64,000 nt of DNA from an uncultured bacterium (lineage in GTDB: Bacteria > Verrucomicrobiota > Verrucomicrobiia > Verrucomicrobiales > DEV007), in NCBI GenBank assembly GCA_963977015.1, contig CAXBMO010000009.1, positions 32,001 to 96,000 of the forward strand, given 5' to 3'. Within the stretch, counting starts at the first letter, position 1, and every line of letters starts with the position of its first letter. The notes below the pieces were generated by a model. The model had not been told where the DNA came from and searched no databases. It worked only from the letters and a program-made list of their open reading frames with translations. Shown here in pieces: positions 1 through 9,154 of the stretch. Position numbers and translations under genes: made by a program.

Positions 1-1
1 T

Positions 2-952
2 CGGAGTGAACTCCACGCGCTCAACACGATTTTGCGGGAGCAGCGGACCCTTCCCAAAGGCGTCATCGACTATCTGCACAACGCGCCAAAGGACGCAGGT
101 CCAATGGATGTCATTCGCACCGGAGTTTCCATGTTGGGACTCTACGACACCCGCGGCGACGACCAGAACCGGGATCTGAACGAAGAACGGGCCTTGAGCA
201 TCTGCGCCAAGATCCCGCTGATCATTGGGATTTATCACCGGGTCCGCCAAGGCCTCGAAGTTCCTCCAATTCGGAAGGACCTTCGCGAAGCGGCACATTT
301 CCTCTACCTCATCAACGGTGAAGAGCCTACGGAGTCGATGGCAAAGACCTTGGATGTTGCCTACATCCTTCATGCTGACCACGGCATGAACGCTTCCACC
401 TTTAGCGCTCGCGTTACGGTCGCAACTCTCAGCGACATGTTTTCCGCCATTACGTCAGCAATTGGCACGCTGAAGGGACCACTTCACGGTGGAGCCAACG
501 AAGGAGTCATTCACATGCTTCAAGAAATTGGCGAACCTGACCGGGTAGATGCCTGGGTCGAAGAAAGGTTGGCCAAAAAGGAGAAGATCATGGGAATCGG
601 TCACCGCGTTTACAAAGTTCTCGATCCTCGTGCCCCGCACCTGCGGAAAATGGCGATCGAGATGACGAAAGATCTCGGCGAAACCAAGTGGATCGAAATG
701 TCTGAGCGAATCGCGGAAATCATGCGCGAGCGCAAAGGACTGAACGCCAATGTCGATTTCTACTCCGCCACAGTTTACTATTCCCTGGGGATCCCGACCG
801 ATTTGTTCACCCCGATTTTCGCGATCTCTCGTGCGGCAGGATGGACAGCCCAAGTGTTGGAACAGCTCGATGACAATCGACTATATCGTCCACTGACCCT
901 TTACACGGGAAGTCACGACGCAAAAGCCGTTCCAATCGGGCAACGGGCTTAA
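2..952 (+). CDS. gltA: Citrate synthase (5'-truncated by window edge)
   Basis: Motifs LHADHGMNASTF, GPLHGGANE, IMGIGHRVYK..DPR, NVDFYS; frame is open back to the window start. Confidence 0.95.
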   Translation, partial: RSELHALNTILREQRTLPKGVIDYLHNAPKDAGPMDVIRTGVSMLGLYDTRGDDQNRDLNEERALSICAKIPLIIGIYHRVRQGLEVPPIRKDLREAAHFLYLINGEEPTESMAKTLDVAYILHADHGMNASTFSARVTVATLSDMFSAITSAIGTLKGPLHGGANEGVIHMLQEIGEPDRVDAWVEERLAKKEKIMGIGHRVYKVLDPRAPHLRKMAIEMTKDLGETKWIEMSERIAEIMRERKGLNANVDFYSATVYYSLGIPTDLFTPIFAISRAAGWTAQVLEQLDDNRLYRPLTLYTGSHDAKAVPIGQRA

Positions 953-960
953 GCCCCGTT
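942..960. terminator. Short hairpin over the gltA stop between convergent genes
   Basis: AACGGGCTTAAGCCCCGTT near-palindrome at the convergent gene ends. Confidence 0.3.
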
Positions 961-966
961 TGAGTC

Positions 967-1569
967 TCAACCTCTCAAACTCCGTTCGTTTTCGCCAAAA
1001 TCGTTGGCGAGCTGCTCAAGCTTTTCCAACTGGGGAACTGGAATGCGATCAATTTCGATCCGTTCTCCTGAGCGGAGGAGAATGGAGAATACGCGGAGGT
1101 GTTCCCTTCCCTTGATGCGAACGCTGGCAAGGTGGATGTCGCTCCAGTAGTAGATATCGAAACTCAAGCTGCCATTCAGCTTCTGGTGGGCGATACAAAC
1201 ACGTCGATCCGTTACCGCGATGACGGCCGGTCCCTTGAGCCGGATCGGCGGCTTGTCTTGAACCGCAATGTAGTAGATTTCTTCGTCTTTGGCCGTGACG
1301 TCCGATAAATCCGCAAAAACCTGGCCAACCAGAGACCGGTCCTGGCCTTCGTCCTCGAAATTGGAAATGCCTTCGTGAAGCTCAAAGACTTCCCCGAGCG
1401 GCTTCCAGTCTTCAAGGCCGTCGAAATACACCAAATCCGACGATAAAATGTCGCCATCGTTCAGGAGATTGACGATTTGGTCTTGGCTGTAAGGTCCGAT
1501 CGGATCTTCCTCACCACCGCGAAGGATCGAGAAGATTTGATACTCCGGTAAGTCCGTTTTCGTGCTCAT
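967..1569 (-). CDS. Hypothetical protein, N-terminal GYF_2/DUF4339-like domain plus C-terminal PH-like domain
   Basis: GPYS..QI..LL..G.I..SDLVY..GL.DWKPL (GYF_2 pattern); IAVTDRRV (bacterial PH-like). Confidence 0.7.
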   Translation of the reverse strand: MSTKTDLPEYQIFSILRGGEEDPIGPYSQDQIVNLLNDGDILSSDLVYFDGLEDWKPLGEVFELHEGISNFEDEGQDRSLVGQVFADLSDVTAKDEEIYYIAVQDKPPIRLKGPAVIAVTDRRVCIAHQKLNGSLSFDIYYWSDIHLASVRIKGREHLRVFSILLRSGERIEIDRIPVPQLEKLEQLANDFGENERSLRG

Positions 1570-1621
1570 GCGTGCGTTTGGCTGATTTTCAGTCTGTCAG
1601 AATTCACTCAGACTACGAGTC

Positions 1622-1630
1622 ATAATATCA
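1622..1630 (-). promoter_or_regulatory. Putative extended -10 promoter for the 967..1569 gene
   Basis: TG-A-TATTAT on the minus strand about 50 nt upstream of the ATG. Confidence 0.35.
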
Positions 1631-1666
1631 AAATTTCCCCCACCAAACGGCAAGTCCACACCGTGT

Positions 1667-2107
1667 TCAGTTTTCGTTCGAATCGCTCAAAGACTGGGCT
1701 CCTTGATACAACTCCGTCCATTCTCTGGGAATCCGCAACGGTCGGCCTTTGGGCATTTGAACCAACGCCAATTGTTGTCGGCAGGTAATCAATAGAGCTT
1801 CGTCGGTTGGGCGAACCACTTCAAAACGCATCCAGAACCGGACTCTTTCCAAGCTTTCCAACTCTCCCCGGATTTCGATGACATCGCCCAGTCGCGCCGG
1901 CTTTCGATAGTCAATTTCCGTTCGCACGACCACGGGGTATTCCTGCCGATCAGCCATTTCGACAAGCTTCATTCCCATCTGAGCAGCAAGACGCGTCCGT
2001 GCGGTCTCAATCATCCGAAGATACGCGATGTTATGGACGACTCCACCGACGTCAGTATCGAAAAACATGACTTCTTCCGTAGTGATGATTCTGGGGACTT
2101 TATCCAT
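1667..2107 (-). CDS. Acyl-CoA thioesterase (YbgC/FadM hot-dog fold)
   Basis: DTDVGGVVHNIAYLRMIETAR and EIDYRKPARLGD; start chosen at ATG 2107 (MDKVPR). Confidence 0.9.
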   Translation of the reverse strand: MDKVPRIITTEEVMFFDTDVGGVVHNIAYLRMIETARTRLAAQMGMKLVEMADRQEYPVVVRTEIDYRKPARLGDVIEIRGELESLERVRFWMRFEVVRPTDEALLITCRQQLALVQMPKGRPLRIPREWTELYQGAQSLSDSNEN

Positions 2108-2230
2108 TTGAATTGGTTTTAGCTCGACTATTGGAGGGCGAACCTTCAAACAGGTCAATTCTGACTCGCAAATCTTTTACGTGTCGCACTACCACAGAAC
2201 CTTTTTATCTTAAAGAATTGGCTTCTCCTC

Positions 2231-2259
2231 TTGCAGAACTCCTTTGCTCACGATAAAAT
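2231..2259 (+). promoter_or_regulatory. Putative sigma70 promoter
   Basis: TTGCAG-17nt-TAAAAT in an AT-rich divergent intergenic region; a second TATAAT at 2269-2274. Confidence 0.45.
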
Positions 2260-2282
2260 TATGGTTTTTATAATATTTAGTT

Positions 2283-2702
2283 ATGTCCGAGCACAACAGC
2301 CCTGATCCAACCCCCGCCAATCATCTCGACGAAGTCCAAAGCTTGATTGCTCAGATCGTCATGCAGATGGCGCGCAAAGTAACTCAACTTCGCAAGGAAA
2401 ACGAGAGAGGTTCCAACGACATTCCCCAGCGGGTCAAAGAAACCGCGGCTCATCTTTCCGAAGCCATCGATCGCCTCGAATCACGAGTGTCAATTCCTGC
2501 GGGTTCACCGGAGCTTGGTCCGGTCCAGGTTGAGCGGCAAAAGATGCTTTCGCGGGTTCATGACCTGCGGGTTTATCTTCACTCTGAGCTCGCCGCAGTT
2601 CTTGAGACCGAAAAAACGCCGCTTTCCGGAAATCTCGCCAGCTCTCTGGCGGCGCTCATTGCAGCCGAAAGCACCGAGTTTCCCGAACCATCGCTCAACT
2701 AG
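2283..2702 (+). CDS. Hypothetical helical protein
   Basis: ATG ORF filling the gap downstream of the AT-rich promoter; no motif recognised. Confidence 0.6.
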   Translation: MSEHNSPDPTPANHLDEVQSLIAQIVMQMARKVTQLRKENERGSNDIPQRVKETAAHLSEAIDRLESRVSIPAGSPELGPVQVERQKMLSRVHDLRVYLHSELAAVLETEKTPLSGNLASSLAALIAAESTEFPEPSLN

Positions 2703-2819
2703 CCAATTCTCCGGATATCCGGAAAAAACGACACAGACTTTGGCGTTGCCAAGTCAGAGCGTTATGTGTTTGCTAGCCGCCAAGCACCCACGCTTGCCCT
2801 TCCCCCTTCCTAAAGTTAA

Positions 2820-3296
2820 TTGGCCGATTTCATGGGACCTTTACCCGTTGTTCACCTCAGTATGTTTCTGCTCCGCTGTTTCAGCGGACTAATTCTCATC
2901 TATTATCAAGGTTGGGCCCAAGTCCGCTTGGGATGGAATCACGTTTGGAAGAACGATCCATGGCCACTCGTTCTGCACTTCGCGGATTTCCCGACACCTG
3001 TCGCAATCTTCTTTTCCGTGATGATCGCGGTGTTTTTCTTCCTCAGCCCGCTTCTTTTGGCGCTCGGATTTTTGACTCGTCTCAATGCGCTGTCGATTTT
3101 CATCGGAATCCTCGTCGCCGTCTACAATGACCTGGGCGACAAGCTCTCCGCGACAGAATTGACGTCGCAGACCATTCTCCTCTTTCTGCTGATCAACGTC
3201 TTCTTCATTCTCAATGGTGGCGGAATGTTAGCGACCGATCGCCTTTTCGACACCCGCCGCGGAAGAAGTCGAATGGCCGGCAGCCTTTATTCGTAG
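2820..3296 (+). CDS. DoxX-like membrane protein
   Basis: LLR.FSG near the N-terminus, LLALGFLTRL, GGG.LATD; four hydrophobic segments; start uncertain. Confidence 0.7.
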   Translation: MADFMGPLPVVHLSMFLLRCFSGLILIYYQGWAQVRLGWNHVWKNDPWPLVLHFADFPTPVAIFFSVMIAVFFFLSPLLLALGFLTRLNALSIFIGILVAVYNDLGDKLSATELTSQTILLFLLINVFFILNGGGMLATDRLFDTRRGRSRMAGSLYS

Positions 3297-3303
3297 ACTC
3301 TGT

Positions 3304-3846
3304 ATGGATCACGTTCTTTACGAAGGGAAATACCTGAAACTCGGCCACGATGAGGGAAAGACCTGGGAGTACGTGACTCGGGCAAACGCGACCGGGGTAG
3401 TCGCGGTATTGGCAATCACCGAGAATCGGGAAATCCTGGTGGTGGAACAATTCCGACCACCTCTCGGCAAAAACGTGATCGAGCTCCCCGCCGGACTGGC
3501 CGGTGACGAGCCATTCAAGGAAGAGGAACCCTTCGTCAGCGCCGCGAAACGGGAGCTCTACGAAGAAACGGGATACGAAGCGAAAAAGTGGTGGAGCCTC
3601 TTCGCTGGCCCGACCTCCAGTGGAATGAGCGATGAAGCGATCACGTTCTTTCTCGCCACCGAACTCACGAAAGTGAGTGATCGCGATCGCTTTGGCGTGG
3701 GAAACGAAAGCATCAAGCTGCATCACGTGCCCATTGGCGAAGTCCTGGATTTCGCGCGTCGCTGCGCCGATGACGGGAAGGATGTAGACTTCAAGATTTA
3801 CGCGGCGCTCTATGTTGCGCGGCAGCATCCGATGTTTCCCGCTTAA
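3304..3846 (+). CDS. NUDIX hydrolase (ADP-ribose pyrophosphatase-like)
   Basis: VEQFRPP, ELPAG...AAKRELYEETG Nudix box. Confidence 0.9.
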   Translation: MDHVLYEGKYLKLGHDEGKTWEYVTRANATGVVAVLAITENREILVVEQFRPPLGKNVIELPAGLAGDEPFKEEEPFVSAAKRELYEETGYEAKKWWSLFAGPTSSGMSDEAITFFLATELTKVSDRDRFGVGNESIKLHHVPIGEVLDFARRCADDGKDVDFKIYAALYVARQHPMFPA

Positions 3847-3861
3847 GCTCGGAATCGGCAA

Positions 3862-6807
3862 TCAGCGCAGCTCACTCAAATAGCGAACGAGATCGCGGAG
3901 TTCTTCGCGAGACAAACTCGCCGTAAGCCCAGCCGGCATCAACGTTCCAACATCGTTTCGATTCGCGATCTGGCTGTGGCGAATCGGTTCGCTCTTTCCC
4001 GAGATCACGTCGCGCAGCCAGAGAACTCCTTTCTCGTCGCGGTCCCGATATCCATTGTAAACGCGCCCTTCTTTCGTGGTGACGGAGACGGAGAAATAGC
4101 CTTCCTTGAGCTGGCGCTCCGGCCACAGGATCGCTTCGATGAGAAGATCAACCGGCAAGCCCGCGCCAACCGTTGTCAGCTGTGGCCCCAGAACGCCGCC
4201 CTTCCCCTCGATCGCATGGCAGGCGACACAACTCAGCAAGGGAGATTCATAGACTCGCTTCCCATTGTCCGCATTTCCAGATTTGCGGACTTCCTCAGCA
4301 AGTTTCTGAACAAAGTCCGCATGATAGGTCGCCGCGACTGCTGACGTTCCACGCTTCTTCTGAAGCACCGACACCAGCCCTTGATCACTTCGCCCCAGGC
4401 TGGCGAGCGCCTGCGTTAGATAATCGACGACGGAAAGAGGAAGGTCCCGCTCCTTCAGCTGTTCCGCCAGGATGGCGCTTCCATGGTCACGCTCGAGAAA
4501 TGGAGCAAGGAGCAAAGCCGCTTCATCCGCATTTTGAATCGAGGGAAGTAGCTCGGAGGTGAGTTTCGCGGCGTTTTCCAAATCCAGATTCGCCAATCCC
4601 GCAATTGCGGACTGTTTGAGGGTCAGGCTTGTATCACTGGCGATGACACTGGCAAAAAGCGCAGGGTCTCCGGCCTTGGGAATGGTGGCGGCGGCAAGCA
4701 GGGCGGCTTGCCGAACCTCTTCCGCAACTGCAGGATCGCGAGCCAGCGTTACGATGGGTTGTGCAAGTGGTTGCACCTTCCAGAGTCCGGCCAACTGAAT
4801 GGCGTGAACACGCAAGGAATTCGAATCGGAATGCAACGCTGGTTTCAACAACGCCGCGAGGTCTCCCTTCGGCTGAGTTTGCCGAACCCGTGTGGTTTGT
4901 CCCAACACGTTGAGCAATTCCTGATCCAAAGGAAGAGCCTCCAATGCCATCCTCAGGTGATCCGGCTTACCAACCTGGGCAAGAGCAAGGAAAAGCTCCC
5001 GCTTCTCGGATTTCGTGGATGAATCGAGCAAATCCAGCAGCACCTGGATTCCTTCAGAACTTCCCAGAGTTTCCACCGCAAATGCAAGGTGCCTCGACGA
5101 ATCGAAATTGAACGTTCCCGTTTGCAAGGCCGGTAACCAGGCGTCGCTGAGGGCGTGGGTTGCCTGAACCAGCGCGTAGTCGAGAAAGGTATCGCGAGGA
5201 GCGTTGAGCGCGCGCAGCGCAATTTTCTGAGCCTCGGGTGTCCCGACATGGCTTGCCGCGACGATGGACTCCATCCGCACTCTCGGATCTTCGTCGGCAA
5301 TCGCGACTTCGAGCAGCTTTTCCGGCTCCCCCAAATGCTCAGCCCAGCGACCAATCATGCGAGCGGCATAGGCTCTCTGGGGAACGCCCAGCGCCTTGAG
5401 AGAATGCCGAATAGCGTCGTCGTTGATTCGGAATTGTTGCGCTTCGCGTGCCCAGGTGACCTCCATGGCATGAACGTTCCCTTTGGGCTCGAAATCCATC
5501 GCTTCAGTAAAATCCTCGGACGACAGATCCGCCAGTCGTCGCCGGGCCTGGTATCGCACCCAGCGTTCCGGAGATTGGAGATGAGTTTGCAGCAGTTCGC
5601 GGGCGTTTGCTCTCTCCAGGTCGGGAGTTTCGATGAGCGCCCTCCCCTTTCTCGTGATTCGCCATATCCGGCCATGGACGGTATCTCGATCCGGATGCCG
5701 CAAGGACGCCTGGTAATGCCCAATAATCGGGTTAAACCAATCCGCGACATAAATCGCACCATCAGGACCGACCTTGACCTCGACCGGGCGAAAACTGGTG
5801 TGCCGCGAAATCAGCAACTCGGTCCCCTTCGTTTCGCGGAATCCTGCACCGTCGGGTTCCAAGGGAAACGCGGTGACCCGATTGGCAAAGTATCCGGCAA
5901 TCAGCACATGATCGTTCAGCTCCGGGAGGTGACTGGATTCGACGAATTCACATCCCATGCTCTTTCCCGGGGTGGTTGCGACGGTCGCGCGTTGCATCAG
6001 TTCCTCGTAATGCATTGTCGGAATGATTCCCGGAGAAACGTAACCCAACTGGGTATTGTTCGATTTCAGAAACATGGATCCCCATCGATCCCAGCCCATG
6101 CCCCAGGGATTCTGCGACGCCATGCTTCCCATGCAAAACGGCTCCAGCTTTTGCTCACGAATCCGCAATCGCCAAAACCCAGCCTCTTCTCCCCGAACAA
6201 TTCCCCACGGCGTTTCAACGCGACTGAAGTTGTGGAGCCCTTGGGAGAACCAGAGGTCGCCAGCCGGTCCCCAACTCAGCGAGTTGATATTCTGGTGAGT
6301 GTCGCCCGTCCCGAAACCGGTCAGAAGCAATTCCCGCTGATCGGCTTTGCCGTCGGAATCACTGTCGCTCAAAAAATAGAGGCCCTCGCCTTCCGCCAGG
6401 TAAACTCCGCCATGGCCAAGCGCGAAACCGGTCGGCATGTTCAGTCCATCCGCCCAAACCTGAGTTTGATCGACTCGACCATCGCCGTCGGTGTCTTCCA
6501 GAATCAGAAGTTGATCATCGGGCTGCCGTCCGGGCTCTACCTGGGCATAAGCCAGAGTGGTCAATACCCAAAGCCGCCCCGCCGGATCCCAATGGATGGC
6601 GATCGGATTGGCAATTCCATCCGCTTCCGAGGCGAACAGATTGACTTCGTAACCTTCGGCGAGTTCAAACTGCGCCATCTCGGCCTCCGGTGAGTTGTCG
6701 GCGGCTCGTTCGGCGACCGAGATTCCCACGCGTTCGGCGCCGTGCGCGGCGATTCCAAAACCAACAATCGAGAGGACGGAAAGGAGCTTAGGGGTTGGCC
6801 ATTTCAT
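3862..6807 (-). CDS. PVC-type membrane-bound dehydrogenase-like protein (beta-propeller, HEAT repeats, C-terminal cytochrome c)
   Basis: Signal peptide, EDTDGDG repeats, DWFNPIIGH..RD..HGRIWR, HEAT-like helices, CVACH...GPQLT...LMP. Confidence 0.9.
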   Translation of the reverse strand: MKWPTPKLLSVLSIVGFGIAAHGAERVGISVAERAADNSPEAEMAQFELAEGYEVNLFASEADGIANPIAIHWDPAGRLWVLTTLAYAQVEPGRQPDDQLLILEDTDGDGRVDQTQVWADGLNMPTGFALGHGGVYLAEGEGLYFLSDSDSDGKADQRELLLTGFGTGDTHQNINSLSWGPAGDLWFSQGLHNFSRVETPWGIVRGEEAGFWRLRIREQKLEPFCMGSMASQNPWGMGWDRWGSMFLKSNNTQLGYVSPGIIPTMHYEELMQRATVATTPGKSMGCEFVESSHLPELNDHVLIAGYFANRVTAFPLEPDGAGFRETKGTELLISRHTSFRPVEVKVGPDGAIYVADWFNPIIGHYQASLRHPDRDTVHGRIWRITRKGRALIETPDLERANARELLQTHLQSPERWVRYQARRRLADLSSEDFTEAMDFEPKGNVHAMEVTWAREAQQFRINDDAIRHSLKALGVPQRAYAARMIGRWAEHLGEPEKLLEVAIADEDPRVRMESIVAASHVGTPEAQKIALRALNAPRDTFLDYALVQATHALSDAWLPALQTGTFNFDSSRHLAFAVETLGSSEGIQVLLDLLDSSTKSEKRELFLALAQVGKPDHLRMALEALPLDQELLNVLGQTTRVRQTQPKGDLAALLKPALHSDSNSLRVHAIQLAGLWKVQPLAQPIVTLARDPAVAEEVRQAALLAAATIPKAGDPALFASVIASDTSLTLKQSAIAGLANLDLENAAKLTSELLPSIQNADEAALLLAPFLERDHGSAILAEQLKERDLPLSVVDYLTQALASLGRSDQGLVSVLQKKRGTSAVAATYHADFVQKLAEEVRKSGNADNGKRVYESPLLSCVACHAIEGKGGVLGPQLTTVGAGLPVDLLIEAILWPERQLKEGYFSVSVTTKEGRVYNGYRDRDEKGVLWLRDVISGKSEPIRHSQIANRNDVGTLMPAGLTASLSREELRDLVRYLSELR

Positions 6808-7780
6808 AAATTTGCATCTCCAACTTGGTGATCATCGGCAAAGCCCGCTCCAATTCGAACGGGAACCAACGCTTCTCGCTGTCTTCATGATCCCGGCTGC
6901 TGGGGACATGCTGACGATCACCGTAGAGAAAGGCCCAATTGGTCGGACGAAAATACTGATACCAAATCTGGTTTTTCCGCTGGATCACCGACCGCAGGGA
7001 CACCGTCGAACTCCAGTCGATGTCGGTGGAGCGATTGGTGACTTGCATGACAAGGCGTTCCGCGATCGCCTCTTTTCCTGCCTCATTCAGATGAATCCCG
7101 TTGGTCGAATAGGCGCGATCGGGTTCGAACTGATACAAATCCGCAAAAAAGAGATCCCGTTCGCCGCTCAGTTCGGCAATGGCCATGCAATACGACACGA
7201 GGACCCGATTGCGCTCTTCCGCCAACTGCGCAGCTGGTCCGGTCTCGAAAAATGGCGTCGGCGTCACGACAATTACGCGAGGAGTGATCTCCATCAACGC
7301 ATCGAGCATCTTTCCGTAGACTTCCCGAAACTGCGGAAGAGCGTCCATTCCATCGAGCGATTCCAATTTGCCGAAGCGAACGAAAATCGTATCCGGCTGA
7401 ACCCGCTTTCGAGTGTCGTGAGTGCTTCCTGGCCGTTGATCCCTGTTTTCGGAGTCATAAAAATACAGTGGGCGCTGTTGGCGGTACACCGTGTCGGCCT
7501 GCCAGGCGAGATTACGGCATTGCAGCTTCTTCCCGGGCCAGGCGAGATGAAGCAGCGCCTCGAAATGACCGCCAAATTGCTCCTGCTCGACATTCGTTCC
7601 TCCCAGAAACGCAATGACTTCGCCAACGCGGGGCTCCCATCGTTCACCGATCGGCTCAACGGTTGATTGGAGCGGCTCCATTGCACGAAGCGCACCAAAC
7701 GCATCATCTCCAAGCGGTTTCCCAGCGTGAAGCTGGCTGGCAAGCAAAAGCGCTAAAACGAACGTGGCAGATCCCTTCAT
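6788..7780 (-). CDS. SGNH/GDSL-fold protein with degenerate catalytic motif
   Basis: IAFLGGTN, RNLAWQADT, NGIHLN..G; signal peptide from ATG 7780; overlaps the next gene by 20 nt. Confidence 0.8.
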   Translation of the reverse strand: MKGSATFVLALLLASQLHAGKPLGDDAFGALRAMEPLQSTVEPIGERWEPRVGEVIAFLGGTNVEQEQFGGHFEALLHLAWPGKKLQCRNLAWQADTVYRQQRPLYFYDSENRDQRPGSTHDTRKRVQPDTIFVRFGKLESLDGMDALPQFREVYGKMLDALMEITPRVIVVTPTPFFETGPAAQLAEERNRVLVSYCMAIAELSGERDLFFADLYQFEPDRAYSTNGIHLNEAGKEAIAERLVMQVTNRSTDIDWSSTVSLRSVIQRKNQIWYQYFRPTNWAFLYGDRQHVPSSRDHEDSEKRWFPFELERALPMITKLEMQIYEMANP

Positions 7781-7856
7781 AGTTTGATGGCGGCCCAAAG
7801 TGGAAACTAAAACCCCTTCAGTTGCAACCAACCACGAGGCGAAGCCCCGAATCGTT

Positions 7857-8330
7857 TCACAATTGAAAGAGCGAAGTGCCATCCTCACAGGCTTTTTCCA
7901 AAACCTTCCTGCGATGCGCAAAAATTCCAGCGACCACCCGGTCCACGAACAACCAATGGGCAATCCATCCGATCGGCCCCCACCCCACATGATAGTGGAC
8001 CACATCCGTCATCCTCACTCCGCCCTCAATTTCCTCGAAGGTGTGACGATGATACCAAAGCTTGTAGGGTCCCACTCGTTGATCGTCAATAAACTCGCGG
8101 CCCTTCTCAACGTGGACAATCTCGGTGATCCAGGTCGACCAAATCAGCGGTGCGAGACGAATCCTATAGCCGATGATCTGCCCTTCGTGCATCGTTTCGC
8201 TTTCCAGCGAAGTGATCTGGAACTTCATCCACGGCGGCACCAGTTTTTGCAGATTTCGTGGCGAGGAAAAAAACTCCCACGCCTCATCCAAACTCATCGG
8301 CACATCTTGTTCCTGGCGTAGCAACTTCAT
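7857..8330 (-). CDS. SRPBCC family protein
   Basis: WEFFSSPRNL..L.PP, W.TEI, F.D.Q..GPY..W.H.H.F; start ATG 8330. Confidence 0.9.
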   Translation of the reverse strand: MKLLRQEQDVPMSLDEAWEFFSSPRNLQKLVPPWMKFQITSLESETMHEGQIIGYRIRLAPLIWSTWITEIVHVEKGREFIDDQRVGPYKLWYHRHTFEEIEGGVRMTDVVHYHVGWGPIGWIAHWLFVDRVVAGIFAHRRKVLEKACEDGTSLFQL

Positions 8331-8335
8331 CGCAG

Positions 8336-9088
8336 TCAGGTTACGATCAGCCACGCCGCGCCGGCTGCCGAGAGGCAAAAAAGAACCCACTCGAAGGCCT
8401 TTTGGGGGATTCTTTTCACGATTTGGCGACCGATGTAGATTCCCAGGAGAATGGCGGGCAGCAAGGCAAGATCCAGTTTTATCGTCCGCTCGTTGATGAT
8501 TCCAAGATCAAGATTGAATGGCACTTTCAGGAGGTTGATACAAAGAAAGAACCGGGCTCCAATCCCGAGGAAATCCTCTTTGGACAGGTTTTTGACCAAC
8601 GCCCAGATAGAATACGCAGGGCCGGCGGCGTTTGCGACCGTTGTCGAAGTTCCAATCGCCAATCCCGAACTGATGAGAAAACTTCGCGAATCCGGCAAAT
8701 GCTCCAGAAAAGACTGACTTCGCGCACGCACGATCTGCAGAACCAGCATCGCCGCAATCGTCCAGCCGATCGCCCGCTTCATCGTCGTGTCGTCCTGAAT
8801 TTGACCGAGAATCCAATAACCGATCAATACACCAACCACGGCTGGAATCATGAGCGGCCATACCTTCCCCCAACTGGAATAGCGGCGGTAAATCGGATAG
8901 ATCACCAAGTCGCAAAACACGAGCATTGGTAAAACGATTCCCACCGATTCCTTTCCAAACAGATGCGCCATGATGATGACGTTGAGCAACGCCAGGCCGG
9001 GCAAACCGGTTTTCGACATCCCGAGGCTGAAAGCGCCGAGAAGTGTAAGCGCATAAACCGCCGGTGTGATTTCGAGAAGTGGGATCAA
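8336..9088 (-). CDS. TauE/SafE (sulfite exporter) family membrane protein
   Basis: GMSKTGLPG, TTVANAAGP, FF..INLLKVPF; about 8 TM segments. Confidence 0.88.
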   Translation of the reverse strand: MIPLLEITPAVYALTLLGAFSLGMSKTGLPGLALLNVIIMAHLFGKESVGIVLPMLVFCDLVIYPIYRRYSSWGKVWPLMIPAVVGVLIGYWILGQIQDDTTMKRAIGWTIAAMLVLQIVRARSQSFLEHLPDSRSFLISSGLAIGTSTTVANAAGPAYSIWALVKNLSKEDFLGIGARFFLCINLLKVPFNLDLGIINERTIKLDLALLPAILLGIYIGRQIVKRIPQKAFEWVLFCLSAAGAAWLIVT

Positions 9089-9154
9089 GTCGGCGGCTGT
9101 TCTCGCCCGAGTTGGTTCTTCCTTCCAGAGAAATCCTCAGGTTTTGGGAAACAC

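Noticed and set aside
5155-6693. 512-aa + strand ORF (also 6695..7666)
   Set aside because: Antisense shadow of well-supported minus-strand genes; no motifs.
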